A DNA stretch of 64,000 nucleotides from Malacoraja senta. Taxonomy: Eukaryota. The stretch spans positions 5,642,001 through 5,706,000 of the forward strand of contig CM075989.1 in the NCBI GenBank assembly GCA_038087875.1. The letters are read 5' to 3'. Within the stretch, counting starts at the first letter, position 1; the number at the start of each line of letters is the position of its first letter. A program made the translations under genes and the position numbers. Below, piece after piece: positions 1 to 12,700 of the stretch. Under the pieces are notes generated by a model. The model did not search any database. It was given only the letters and a program-made list of their open reading frames with translations, and was not told where the DNA came from.

Positions 1-77
1 AGTTGCAGAGAAGGTGAGGGAGGGATGAATACGATAAAAACTGATATTTCTGTTAGAGTGAGGCCAAATATATGTAT

Positions 78-240
78 TTAAGAAGGAACTGCAGATGCTG
101 GAAAATCGAAGGTAGACAAAAGTGCCTGGAGAAACTCAGCGGGTGCAGTCTGAAGAAGAGTATCGGCCCGAAACGTTGCCTATTTCCTTCGCTCCATTGA
201 TGCTGCTGCACCCGCTGAGTTTCTCCAGCACTTTTTACTA
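78..240. mobile_element. Fold-back PLE pLTR-derived mini-element
   Basis: Inverted pLTR arms with a hammerhead-like centre; 14 bp direct repeat CCAAATATATGTAT at 64-77 and 241-254. Confidence 0.75.
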
Positions 241-261
241 CCAAATATATGTATACTGTAG

Positions 262-620
262 AGTAACTCAGCGGGACAGGCAGCATCTCTGGAGAGAAGG
301 AATGGGTGACGTTTCAGGTCAAGACCCTTCTTCAGACTGAAGTCAGGGGAGTGGGTGGTACACAAATAAGGAAGTGTATAGATAATGAAGTGTAAGGTGT
401 GAAAACAGGACAAAGGGAATGGAGATCAATGAACATGTGGAATAGATCATTGTTAGTTGGGGGAAGGTAACAACAAAGCAAACAGAGATAAAATGTAGTC
501 GGAAAACCGGGAAAGGGGAGGGGATGGAGAGAGAGGGAAAGCAATGGCTACTTGAAGTTAGAGAAGTCAATGTTCATACCGCTGGGGTCCAAGCAAAATA
601 TGAAGTGCTGTTGCTCCAAT
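262..620 (-). mobile_element. Penelope-like element 3' fragment
   Basis: Reverse-complement homology to the 4180-4740 element (GIY-YIG end, UTR, hammerhead motif at ~305-340). Confidence 0.7.
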
Positions 621-684
621 ATGTTGGCATGGACATAATGGGCCAAAGGGCCTGTTTCTGTGCAGGACAACTCCATGGTTGTTC

Positions 685-1000
685 CTTTAGACTTTATACT
701 TTAGAGATACAGTGCGGAAATAGGCCCTTCGACCCACCTTGTCCGCATCGACCAGCGATCACCCCGTACACTAGCACAATCCTACACACTCGTGACAATT
801 TACAATTGTACCAAAGACAATTAACCTACAAACCTGCACGTCTTTGGAGTGTGGGAGGAAACCGGAGCACCCGGTGAAAACCCACACAGTCACAGGGAGA
901 ACGTACAAACTCTGTACAGACAGCACCCGTAGTCAGAATCGAACTCGGGTCTATGGCGCTGTGAGGCAGCAACTCTACCGCTGCGCCACCGTGCTGCCCC
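685..1000 (-). mobile_element. V-domain tRNA SINE
   Basis: Reverse complement of the 2944-3245 family. Confidence 0.85.
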
Positions 1001-1114
1001 CTTACTATAAACCTTCTTTTCCTCTTCAACTCCAGCTAGATCTTCCTTTTTCAACTCCTCGTCCCTCAGTCCAACACATTTCAATTGGAGAGAGGAGTCT
1101 GTTTACGTTCGATG

Positions 1115-1232
1115 CTTAAGATATCCCGAAGCACTTCACAATCAATAAAATAGTTTTTTAAATGTTATCACTATTGTATTGCAGGAAAGGCAACAGATAG
1201 ATTCTGCACAGCAAGTTTTTCAGACAATAATG
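1115..1232 (-). mobile_element. Degenerate Deu-domain SINE relic (AmnSINE1/SacSINE1-like)
   Basis: ATCCCGAAGCACTTCACA...TCACTATTGTATTGCAGGAAA...TGCACAGCAAG resembles the reverse complement of the Deu-SINE consensus as recalled; no alignment was computed. Confidence 0.5.
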
Positions 1233-1484
1233 TCTAGATATTTATAGGAACGCAAGTGACTGCAGAGAGTGGTGGAGTCAGCCCAGTCCATAGTCGAGCA
1301 GCGGTAGAGTTGCTGCCTCACAGCGCCAGAGACACGGGTTCGATCCTCACTACGAAACCAAGATGGTGGCATCAATCATCAATGATCCGCACCATTTTGG
1401 CCATGCCCTTTACTCACTGCTGCCATCAGGCAGGAGGTACAGAAGCCTGAAGTCCCACACCACCAGATTCAGGAACAGCTACTC

Positions 1485-1770
1485 CCCCCCCCCCCCACGC
1501 CACGGGTACCATGCAACCCCGTGCTACCTGCTCCATGGTCGGATAGTCGGCGACTAAACCGTCTCCCCCAGCTGGTTTGCCAGGTGAGGAGGGGGCTGTG
1601 GACCCCCAGCAGGACCAAAGACAAGACCCGTCAAAGGGCGGATGAGCTCCTAGCGAGCCAACGGCCGTCCACACTTCAGTAGAAGTTGCGATCACTGTCG
1701 TACACGGCATTGTAAGGCACCACCGTGCCCGTTGATGTTTTCAACAATGATGATGATGATGATGATGATG
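1485..1770 (+). mobile_element. Short non-coding retroposon with (GAT)n tail inserted in a Rex1-like fragment
   Basis: GC-rich ~285 bp body ending in (GAT)8; the host sequence resumes on both sides. Confidence 0.55.
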
Positions 1771-1825
1771 ACACTTTCCTACTACCTACGAGGTTCTTAA
1801 ACTGACCTACACAACCCTAACCCTG

Positions 1826-2013
1826 GATACACAAAAATGCTGGAGAAACTCAGCGGGTGCAGCGGCATCTATGGAGCGAAGGAGATAGGCAACGTTTCGG
1901 GCCGAAACATTGCCTATCTCCTTCGCTCCATAGATGCTGCTGCACCCGCTGAGTTTCTCCAGCATTTTTGTGTACCTTCGATTTTCCAGCATTTGCAGTT
2001 CCTTCTTAAACAG
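1826..2013. mobile_element. Fold-back PLE pLTR-derived mini-element
   Basis: Near-perfect palindrome at 1828-1974; direct repeat CCCTAACCCTG at 1815-1825 and 2014-2024. Confidence 0.8.
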
Positions 2014-2526
2014 CCCTAACCCTGCCCTGACAACACACTGGTCGACCTCTGACACTACCATAGACTTGTCTTTTAGTCTAACTAGATTTTTGCATTCATG
2101 TTTAATTGGTTTGAACAGTCTTACTTATTTTTTGAGAAATGTTGTGTAATTTATGAATGTGAAGGAGGGTTCCGACCAGAAACGTTACCTATTCCTTCTC
2201 TCCGGAGATGCTGCCTGACCCGCTGAGTTACTCCAGCATTTTGTGTCTATCTTTGGTGTAAACCGGCATCTACAGTTCCTTCCTATACATTTGATTTTGT
2301 GTACTTGTCCGAGTCTATGTCCCTTGATACTGCTGCAAGCAAGATTTCTCACTGCGCCTGCACCTCCCCGTAGCTGTGCATATGACAATCAAGTCGACTT
2401 GATGTGACTTGAAATGCCGGTCGAGGGAAAAATATTGAAGAGAACATTCGGGATGAGTGCTCGAAGACAGACACAAAATGCTGGGGTAACTCAGCAGGAC
2501 AGGCAGCATCTCTGGAGAGAAGGAAC

Positions 2527-2562
2527 GGGTGACGTTTCGGGTCGAGACCCTTCTTCAGACTC
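2527..2562 (-). ncRNA. Minimal hammerhead ribozyme motif (PLE pLTR-derived), intact core
   Basis: The reverse complement reads AGAGTCTGAAGAAGGGTCTCGACCCGAAACGTCACCC, identical to the copy at 49261-49297. Confidence 0.7.
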
Positions 2563-2943
2563 TACAGTCACTTCACTGAGGTATGGAAATACTAAAATCT
2601 TAGATCTGATGTATTGTTCAGAAGATGACACCTGCAACACTTTAGCCATATATAGTATTACATGGGACTGCTGCAATACATTATTGTGTGTTCAAGTTAC
2701 TGTAATGGGACATAAACCTACAACTGATTCAGAGCTAGAGCTGATGTTCCAAAATTAATCTCGTTGCACTGTTCATTATTTAATTGTGATTAATCGTCCT
2801 ACGTTTGGCTGAGTAAGTGGCAGATGAAATGCCAAACTGTGACTCTATCCCCCAATTTAATTTAATAGCCCAGAAGCTACCTAATGTCTCTCAGCTGGTG
2901 CAAGAGGCTGGTGCCTGAAAGTGGACAAATATCAGTGATTAGC

Positions 2944-3245
2944 AGGGCGGCACGGTGGCGCAGCGGTAGAGTTGCTGCCTCACAGCGCCAGAGACCCGGG
3001 TTCGATCCTGACTACTAGTGCAGTCCGTACGGAGTTTATACGTTCCCACTGTGACCAGCGTGGGTTTTCTCCGGGTGCCCCGGTTTCCTCGCACACTCCA
3101 AAGCCGTACAGGTTCGTCGGTTGATTGGATTCAGTAAAATTGTAAATTGTCACGAGTGTGTAGGATAGTGCTAGTGTGGACGCTGGTCGGCGTGGACTCG
3201 GTGGGCGAAGGGCCTGTTTCCATGCTGTATCTCTAAAGTCTAAAG
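2944..3245 (+). mobile_element. tRNA-derived V-domain SINE (HE1-like), representative full copy of a family with >15 copies in the window
   Basis: A-box TGGCGCAGCGG, B-box GGTTCGATCC, V-like core GGAGTTT..ACGTTC.CC..GTG...GCGTGGGTTT, CR1-like tail GAAGGGCCTGTTTCC..GCTGTATCTCTAAA. Confidence 0.85.
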
Positions 3246-4179
3246 TGAGGTCTGGGGCAGACCTAAATGCTGAAATGTCCAGCTCTGATGACCTGCGCTA
3301 CAGGTCTTAACCCTTTCTGCTGCCTTCACCAGTATCTTGTAGAAAGGAGAAAGACACGGAATCCATAATCTTCATTTTGTGATTGAAAGATTTTGTTAAA
3401 AGTCAGCCACAATTCCAGGTATAAACTTACCATCCCAATCCACCATTCCCTAGGGAATTTAATATGTGGCAGACCTGTGTCTCTACATTCTATGATTCAT
3501 ATCTAAACCAAATATGAAACGGAGGGAAATCTAACCCTTACTCTCAAGACTGGGGTGTCTATTCTCCCAGAATCTATATCTCCACCAATCCATAGGCTAT
3601 GAAACCCTCTTCTTCCATCACCACTCCTTGATGTATGTTATTCTCTTCACTTTGACAGTTCTGGTAGCACAAGCACTGGCCATTCATCAATATTGAGACG
3701 TTTCAGAGGCAAAATCTAATCAATACAATCCATACTCAAGAGAGTGTTCTCCCAAGCAGAAGCAGTAATTCATCACCCCTGGTCCTTTCACTTTGTAGAG
3801 TTGGATTCCAGTTCAAGTCTAATTTGATACTTGTTGGGGCATCGCGCGCCTTGGAGTTAAATGACTTGCGTTTAACCTAAGCTCTCGCTGCAGTGTAGAA
3901 CTGCTCCCTACAAATGCATGGTAATATTCATATTCCGAGATGCCACAAGATATAGCTGATACCATAGCTGAAAGAAATTAGTCACAATATTACACAGGCT
4001 TAGTTATAAAGACAAAGACTTCAAATGGACTCCTTCTGTCTGAATCTTGTCGAACGTGATTTGGAGTGAAATGAAGGATTGGTTACAGTAGATGAGTGGC
4101 TGATTCTCTGCATGGACTCTGTAGGTCGAAGAACCTGTTTGTGTGCTTTATAACACTTACTCTAACTCTATTTTCGCTT

Positions 4180-4740
4180 GTTTCGCTGAACACCTCCGCT
4201 CAGTCTGCCGAGACTTACCTGATCTCCCGGTTGCTAAATACGTTAACTTCCCGTCGTATTCCCACACTGACCTTTCTGTCCTGGGCCTCCTCCACTGTCA
4301 GAGTGAGGCCCAACACCAATTGGTGGAACAGTACCTAATTTTTCACTTGGGCAGCTTACAACCCAGAGGTAGGAATATTAACTTATCTAACTTTGTAACC
4401 TTTGTATTCCTTCTCCCTCCATCCCTCTCCCATCCTAGTTCTCCGACAGACTGACTGGGCTTCTGATTAAATTTTACATTGTATACCTTGTTGTCAACCC
4501 CCTCACTAATAATGATCTATTCTACATTTTCCTTGATCCTCATCCCCTTTGATCTCTCGTTTTTCACACCCTACCCTTCCATATCTCTTGTTTCCTTCTC
4601 CCCTGACTCAGTCTGAAGAAGTGTCTTGACCGGAAACGTCACCCATTCCTTCTCTCCAGAGATGCTGCCTGTCCCGCTGAGTTACTCCAGCATTTTGTGT
4701 CTATCTTCAGCATAAACCAGCATCTGCAGTTCCTTCATGC
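4180..4740 (+). mobile_element. Penelope-like element 3' fragment: GIY-YIG endonuclease C-terminus plus pseudo-LTR with hammerhead motif
   Basis: Translation FAEHLRSV...LPVAKY..FPSYSHTDLSVLGLLHCQSEAQ..LVEQYLIFHLGSLQPRG.NI resembles the PLE GIY-YIG C-terminus. It is followed by a pyrimidine-rich UTR and CTGAAGAAG...GAAACGTCACC at ~4613-4643. Confidence 0.8.
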
Positions 4741-5517
4741 TCTAACGCCAAGATGTATAACAGCTGATCTCCTCCACTGACAAGTCTTTCAGTTTAGTTT
4801 AGTTAGAGACACACCGCTGAAACAGGCCCTTCAGCCCACCGGGTCCGAGCTCACCAGCGAGCCCCGCACACTAACACTATCCCACGCACACTAGGGACAA
4901 TTTACAATTTTTACCGAAGCCAATTAACCTACAAACCTGGAGTGTGGGAGTGTGTACAGACAGCTCCAGTAGTCAGGATCGAACCTGGGTCTCTGCCTCT
5001 GTAAGGCAGCAACTCTTCCTCTGCGCCACCGTGCTGCCCCACGATCGTGTCATGCCGTCCTGACCATCAAAATATTGCAGAGAATACATGCAGCGACTAA
5101 ATAAATGACCATTGCTTGCTTGAACCATGATATGTCGGTCGAGACACCATAAGATGTTGCTTCACTCAGTAGCGTCACGGGAGTTTCAATGTACTCCTGA
5201 ACAGACGAGCAAGGCTTCAGTTTCATATCTTTTCTGAAAACACCTTTGACAATACATTCCCAATGTGCTTTGCACTGTGTGGGTTTGATATCTTCGAGAG
5301 CCAATGTCCTCTCACAGCATAACTCCATCAACATGTTGGGGCAACGTGTCTGAGCTGACGAGGAGCTAAGAAGGGAAGGGATTGCGAGCATTCGAAAGGA
5401 AACACCAGATCAAAAGGCAAACGGGTGAAGTAGCGGAGTAAACAAAAATAAAGGATAAAACAGAAAGAAGCCTCCAGCTCAATCATTCAATAGTTACTTA
5501 TTGTGACATGTACTTAG

Positions 5518-5947
5518 TAGTAGGCCCCTTCTCGGTCATGACTGACCATGGGAGATGCATGCTGGTCGGATGCAAGCCTGGGCGATGTCATATGGAGGAC
5601 AGGCTGTTGCCCATGCAGCACGTCCCCCCTCTCCACGTCGCGGATCGATCCAAAGGAACAGCAGGGACGTTACAGTTTGGCACCAGCGCCGTCGCAGGAG
5701 CTGCCAGAGCAAGGTTGTAGACAACGACGAACTGCCTTAGGGGCTCAACCCCGGATTTTCTTGAGGTTTACTCCTGGAGCCTTTTCCATGACTGGATATG
5801 GCCACAAGGCAATGGAGGTTTTAAATCAGAGTTTTCCCTCTCCTAGATGGACTGCCTTCCCAGGCTGACGAGCCCCATCTGCTCGAGACTCGTGGGGGCG
5901 GGAGCGTCCACCTTCCCGTGCAGGTCTATAGCACCTGCCCACTGCCC
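5518..5947 (-). mobile_element. Non-autonomous RTE-like retroelement (5'UTR-like plus 3' end), no ORF
   Basis: 12 bp TSD ACATGTACTTAG at 5506-5517 and 5948-5959. The motif CTAGGAGAGGGAAAACTCTGATTTAAAACC resembles RTE 5'UTRs; 3' hairpin GGTCA..TGACC and a short (TAC) tail. Confidence 0.65.
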
Positions 5948-6011
5948 ACATGTACTTAGAAAAACATTGCTTTGCAGGCAATTGAAATCGTACCATACAC
6001 AAACACAATCA

Positions 6012-6855
6012 AGATTCATGATTCAAGGGACATTTATTGTCAATGCACCAATTGGTACAGTGACATTTGTGGTCACCATACAGCCATACGAATAAAAAAA
6101 GAACACAGAACACGATAGTCTTTAACATAAACATCCCCACACAGCGGAATCAAAGTTTCCCACTGTGAAGGAAGGCACCAAAGTTCAGTCATCTTCCCCT
6201 GTTTTTCACCCATGGTCGGGGTCTCCCGAGCCCCCCGCTGTCGCCACTATGGGCGGCCCGATGTTCAGGCCCTCTCGCCGGGATGATGGAACTCCGACGT
6301 CGGAGCGGGAGAACATCCTCAATGGCTTGGACCTCCGAATCGGCCACTTCTTATTGGCTCCCGAAGTCCACAGGCCGAGCTGGGCGGAGATTCACACTGG
6401 CGGCCCTCGGCAAAGGGATCCCAGGACTCCGCGATGTTGGTCAGCGCAGCCCGTGGCTGGGAGCTCCGCGAACCACAGCTCCACCATGTTGAAGCAGCAG
6501 GCCCAACACTCCGGAGCTTCAAATGACGATCCAGGTAAGGCATCGCCCACTCCGCGATGTATCCAGCGCTGCGCCGCCGCTGCTGAAGCTTTGGCCGGTC
6601 TCCAGCAGGAAAGGCCGCGCCAATCCAGTTGGTAGGCCGCGAGGGGGGGGGCGAGGATGTGACTTGGCAAATAGTCGCATCCTTGCTAGGAAGTGACTGG
6701 GAAACGGTTTCCCACTTATCCTACCCCCCTCCCCACATAGAAATACTAAAATAATCCTTCAAAACACACTTCTAAACCAATTAAATATAGAAAAAAAGAT
6801 AGATAAACAGACAGACTGTAGGCTGAGGCTGCCATCATGCAGCGCCCCTAGAGGC
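6012..6855 (-). mobile_element. Non-autonomous retroelement family X, copy 1
   Basis: Shares blocks with 52655-53383 and 60388-61189; short tandem tail; flanking CAATCA repeat. Confidence 0.7.
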
Positions 6856-7189
6856 CAATCATACGTAATTACAATGGCTCAAGGGTACCTAAGTATAGTG
6901 TACCCCACCCCCACATCAGTCTGAAGAAGGGGCTCGACCCGAAATGTCACCTATGCCTTCGCTCCACAGATGCTGCCGCACCCGCTGAGTTTCTCCAGCA
7001 TATTTGTCTACCTTCGATTTTTCCAGCATCTGCAGTTCCTTCTTAAACACTAAGTGTTAATCGTTTTTGGATGCAGTTTAGTGATAATCCTGCTATACAT
7101 TGGGCACAATCATACCAAGTATAAAAGTGTAAGATAGTAGACCGTATTGAGTCAGTAGACATGAGTCTCCATGTTTTTACGATATGATA

Positions 7190-7860
7190 CGTTAGCTAGA
7201 ATTTTATTTATCCCAGGAGGGAATTTGGTTTCCCAGCAGTCATAAAACATATTAAATTAAAGTGATGAGTGGAAAGTCCGGGATTGGGGATGTGCAAAGA
7301 TTGGGGAAGGGCAGTCAGTCTACCCCACGACAGAAGGAGGAGGAGTTTTACAGTTTGATAGCCACAGGGAAAAAGGATCTCCTGTGGCTTTCTGTGCTGC
7401 ATCTTGGTGGAACCAGTCTGTTGCTGAAGGTGCTCCTCAGGTTGACCAGTGTGTCATGGAGGGGGTGAGCTGTATTGTCCAGGATTCTCCGCAGTTTGAG
7501 GAGCATCCTCCCCTTCAAGACCAACCTCCCACGAATCCAACTCCGCCCCCAGGACAGAGCCAGCCTTCCTGATGAGTTTGTTAATCCTATTGGCGTCCGC
7601 AGCCTTCGCCCCGCTGCCCCAGCACACGGCAGCAAAGAAGATGGCACTGGCCACCACCGATTGGTAGAACATGTGCAGCATCTTACTGCAGGCGTTGAAG
7701 GAGCGGAGCCTCCTCACAAAGTACAGACGCCTCTGTCCCTTCTTATACAGGGCCTCAGTGTTCCTGGACCAGTCCAGCTTACTGTCCAGGTAAACTCCAA
7801 GGTACTTGTACTCCTTTGTAAACTACACATCCACATCTGCAAGACTGTACCCTTTAAGTC
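7190..7860 (-). mobile_element. Rex1/Babar-clade LINE 3' fragment
   Basis: RRLRSFN...FYQSVVASAIFFA.VCWG...HPLH...RRSFFPVAI. Confidence 0.85.
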
Positions 7861-8495
7861 CATTTTTTTTTAAATGTTAAGAACTTAACTTGTCCAGAAA
7901 CACCCAAGGCCCTGGTGATGGGATTGGGTCGGAATTGAAGGGATCAACCAGGTCAAGTGATATTCACGTTCATAAGTCATAGGAGCAGATTTAGGTCATT
8001 CGGCCCATCAAGCTATTCAATCATGGCTGATCTATCTTTCCCTCTCAACACCAATCTCCGGCATTCTCCCCAGAACCCCTGACACTCTTACCAATCAAGA
8101 ATCTGTTATTCTCCACCTTAAAAATACCAATTGGTGGCCTCCTCAGCCATGTATGGGAATGAATTCCACAGATTCAACACACTCTGACTAAAGAAATTCC
8201 TCCGCATCTCCTTTCTAAAGGTACGTCCTTCTATTGTAATTCTGCGCCCTCTGGTCCTAGACTCTCCCACTAGTGGAATCATCCTCTTCACAGCCATGTC
8301 CTCGACTGCCACAAAAAGGAATGTGGAAAATAGTTGATTTGTTCTGAGGCCATACACAAAGAGCCTCCATGTTTCCAGTGCCATCTTGGAGAATCTAGCA
8401 TCAAACAAAGCCATGGAAGGAGATGGACTGTGTGGTGACAGACACACCAATGGAAAGAGTAAAACATAGCGGGAATAAAGAATAGAAGGGGAGGA

Positions 8496-9075
8496 ATGGA
8501 ATTGTACAGGGCCCTGGTGAGACTACACCTGGAGTATTGTGTGCAGTTTTGGTCTCCTAATTTGAGGAAGGACATTTTTGCTATTGAGGGAGTGCAGCGT
8601 AGGTTCACCAGGTTAATTCCCGGGATGGCGGGACTGACACAAAAAATGGGTCGACTGGGCTTGTATTCACTGGAATTTAGAAGGATGAGAGGGTTTCTTA
8701 TAGAAACATATAACATTCTTAAGGGAGTGGGCAGGCTTGCGGGAAAAATGTTCCCCATGTTGGGCGAGTTCAGAACCAGGGGTTAAGAATAAGGGGTAGG
8801 CCATTTAGGACTGAGATGAGGAAAAGCTTTTTCACCCAGAGAGTTGAGAATCTGTGGAATTCTCTGCCACAGAAGGCAGTGGAGGCCAATTCACTGGGTG
8901 TTTTCAAGAGAGTTAGATGTAGCTCTGAGGGCTAAAGAAATCAAGGGATATGGGGAGAAAGCAGGAATGGGGTACTGATTTTGGATGATCAGCTTTGATC
9001 ATATTGAATGGCGGTGCTGGTTCGAAGGGCCGAATGGCCTACTCCTGCACCTAATTTCTATGTTTCTGTTTCTAT
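8496..9075 (+). mobile_element. CR1-clade LINE 3' fragment
   Basis: LYRALVRLHLEYCVQFWSP...; 3' tail ending in ttctatg repeats. Confidence 0.9.
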
Positions 9076-9769
9076 GAAATGTTTGCACCATAGAGTGGTA
9101 GGACTGACAACAAATTCTGAGTGGGATTGACTGACAAAATGGCCTTGAAGTGAAACTGAATGAGATCGCAGTAATTAGTTTGGTTATCCAGGCTCAGGGC
9201 AATTTACAGGGAGCCTATTATCCTACAAGCTCGCACGTCTTTGGGATGTGGGTGGAAACCGGAGCACCCGGAGAAAACACACACGGTCAGACTCCACACA
9301 GACAGCACCTGAGGTCAGGATCAAACTGGCGCTGTGAGGCAGCAGCATGAATGGGGAAGGAAATGAGGCTGGCACAGCAATGGGGCTGATTATAGCAGGG
9401 TGTTTGTAGACAACAGGGTGCCTGGGGAGAGGAGAGGGTCTGGACAAAGAGGAGCATCGAGGACACGGAAGAGTGTCTGTGCAAAGCGAGGGGAGAGGAT
9501 GGAGAATGTGTGGGTACATCAATGTGCAATATCATTCAGCAGACATTCTTGCACACTGTGATGGTTTTATTTAGCTCCTTACGTCAATGCCGGCAAAACC
9601 GCTGGCTCTATTGTGCTGCTCTCACATGTCCTCCTTCAGCTGGTTGCTTTCCAAAGTATTAGCAAATTGCTTTTCCAAATATCTTAGCATCTCTCCGTTG
9701 AGAGCCACATGTCATAAAGCAGTCCATCTTGTAAAAAAGGCTAAATAATCTCTTTTTAAAAATGTTTTT

Positions 9770-12700
9770 ATTTCCTTTTCAAAAACTTTATTCGACACAG
9801 TCATATGATATAACACATCAAAACATAATCAGAAATGACACTATAACAAATAATCATTATAGTACAACAGTGCATTAATTGTTTACAATACTCTCAACCC
9901 CACCCGGTGACCAGCGCCCACGGAAGGCCTCCAGAGTCCCCGTGGACACCGCGTGTTCCCTCTCCAGGGACACGCGCGCACGGACGTAGGTCCGGAAGAG
10001 GGGCAGGCAGCCGACTTTGGCAAGACCATCGACCGCCCGCTGCCTGGACCCATGAATGGCCATCTTGGCCAGGCCCAGGAGCAAACCGACAGGGGAGGTC
10101 CCACCCCCCCCGATCGGCACTCCACACTCCCTGCCTTGTGTCCAAACACTAGAATCGTGGGACTAAAATGCAAACCAAAACTTGAGGACCAGCCCCTTCA
10201 GATATTGGTACAGGGGCAGCAACCTCTCACACTCCATATACGGGTGGAACACGGTCTCCTCCTCACCGCAGAAAATACAGGCGGCCGACGAGCCCGTGAA
10301 CCGACTCAAAGGTTTATTACAAGCCACCGCTCTGTGCAGCACTCTCCAAGCCAGGTCCCCGATGTACAGGGGGACAACTCCCTTGTAGAGAGACCCTCAC
10401 TGGGGACCGCCCCCGCCTTCAGGTGGTAACACAGACCGCCACGGTGCGTCAGGACAGAAGACGAAGGCAAGGAGGTGCAGAATGTGCAGGAGCATCCTGT
10501 ACAGTACGCATCTCTTCGCATCACGGAACGGCACGCTGGGCATCTCGGAAAGGCGGCTCAAGTTGCGTGGAGCCGGTGGCCGAGAAATATCCCAGAGCCT
10601 GGGCCCGATGAGCAAATCCGATGGAGCGGGGGTAAGCTCAGTCACAACCACTCTAAGCACACGCCTCTCCTCGACACCCGCCATGACAGGGTGAGGACCG
10701 GCCACTCCCGCAGCCACAACACCCCCCTCCCCCTGAGGGGCAACACGCTGGCTGAAGATGATCAGATTCCTCGCTCTTAACACCTCGCGATAGAAACTAG
10801 GCAGACCCAAAATGGCGGTCGGCTGATGCCCGCCACCGGGAGCCGCGAAACCCCCCGTAGGCAACGACCGCGGCGGAAAAAATACGTGGTTAGAGCGTGC
10901 CATCTGGGGGGGGTTCTCTACATACATGTACCTCCGCAGAGTCCTGAGACGGAGAACTGCCACCTGGGTACGCACGCATACCAAGGACTGGCAGCCCTCC
11001 TCTAACGTGAAACTCAGGACCGCTGTGGAAACACAGTGCTTCCTATCTCCCCAAAATAAATCCACCAGCTTCTTCTGTATTGTGGTTGCAAAGATAGAGG
11101 GCGGGACAAGAGTAGCCAGCCGGTACCACAACATAGATACATAGATACATAGAAATTAGGTGCAGGAGTAGGCCATTCGGCCCTTCGAGCCTGCACCGCC
11201 ATTCAATACGATCATGGCTGATCATCCAACTCAGTATCCCGTACCTGCCTTCTCTCCATACCCCCTGATCCCTTTAGCCACAAGGGCCACATCTAATTCC
11301 CTCTTAAATATAGCCAATGAACTGGCCTCAACTACCCTCTGTGGCAGAGAGTTCCAGAGATTCACCACTCTCTGTGTGAAAAAGTTTTTCCTCATCTCGG
11401 TCTTAAAGGATTTTCCCCTTATCCTTAAGCTGTGACCCCTTGTCCTGGACTTCCCCAACATCGGGAACAATCTTCCTGCATCTAGCCTGTCCAACCCCAT
11501 AAGAATCTTGTACGTTTCTATAAGATCCCCTCTCAATCTCCTAAATTCTAGCGAGTATAAGCCAAGTCTATCCAGTCTTTCTTCATATGAAAGTCCTGAC
11601 ATCCCAGGACATGGAGGCCACCAGCTGGTTTATGACCAGCACCCTCCCCTGAAAGGAAAGAACTCTAAGCAGGCCTGACCAGCGCCCCAGCTGGGCGACG
11701 ACAAGCATCTTCAGTGGGACTCAGGTCAACCCCCAGATAGAGGAGGTGCATGGTGCTCCACGTATACAATGTCATCTCCTCCAGCAGGGAGTCCACCTGC
11801 CACTGACCCACTAAAAGTCCAGAGCACTTACTCCAGTTAATCCTGGCAGAAGATGCAGCTGAGAAAATCTCCTGGCAGTCACGCATCCTCTGCAGGTCAC
11901 CAGGATCAGTGAACATAAGGAGCACATCATCGGCATACGCCGAAAGAACCACCTCCATCCCCGGACCTGGTAGAGCCAGGCCTGTCAACCTCCTCCGATG
12001 AAGACACAGGAACGGCTCCACACAGACCGAGTACAACTGACCCGACATGGGGCACCCCTGACGGACCCCCCTCCCAAAATGAATGGGAGCCAACAACACA
12101 CCATTACCCTTCACGAGACACTGCGCTGCAGCGTACAAAAACCGGACCCGGGCCACAAAATGCAATCCAAATCCGAATGCTTGCAGCGTCCGAAGAGGTT
12201 GTCATGCTCTACCCTATCAAAAGCCTTCTCCTGATCAAGGGACAGAAAAGCAGCTGACTGACCAGTACCCTGAGATAGATGAATCAGATCCCTAACCAGG
12301 TGGATGTTATCCTGAATGGACCGGCCAGGGATTGTATAGGACTGGTCAGGGTGAATCAGTTGAGACATCACAGAGTCCAGGCGATTTGCTATCGCCCGTG
12401 CAAAAATGTTATACTCTGTACAGAGGAGAGAGACCGGGTGCCAGTTCTTCAACATGCGTAGTTTGCCCTTCTTGGGCAGGAAGACAATGACTGCCCTGCG
12501 CCACGAGAGGGGCATCTCCCTGGTCGCCAGGCTCTCCCCCAGAACCAACATGTAATCACCCCCCAGAATATCTCAGAAGGCTCTAACAAACTACCATCAA
12601 CCCATCAACCCCAGGGGACTTGCCCCTCCTGAGCTCGTGCAAGGCACCAGTCAACTCCTCCAGGGGCATCAAGGAGTTCAAACACCTCTCTATCTACAGT

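Noticed and set aside
2944..3015. tRNA genes
   Set aside because: The A/B boxes belong to SINE heads, each followed by SINE core and tail; no complete cloverleaf or terminator is evident.
5050..5391. 113 aa minus-strand ORF preceded by a pyrimidine tract
   Set aside because: No recognisable protein similarity and no partner exons; it overlaps a probable old SINE relic.
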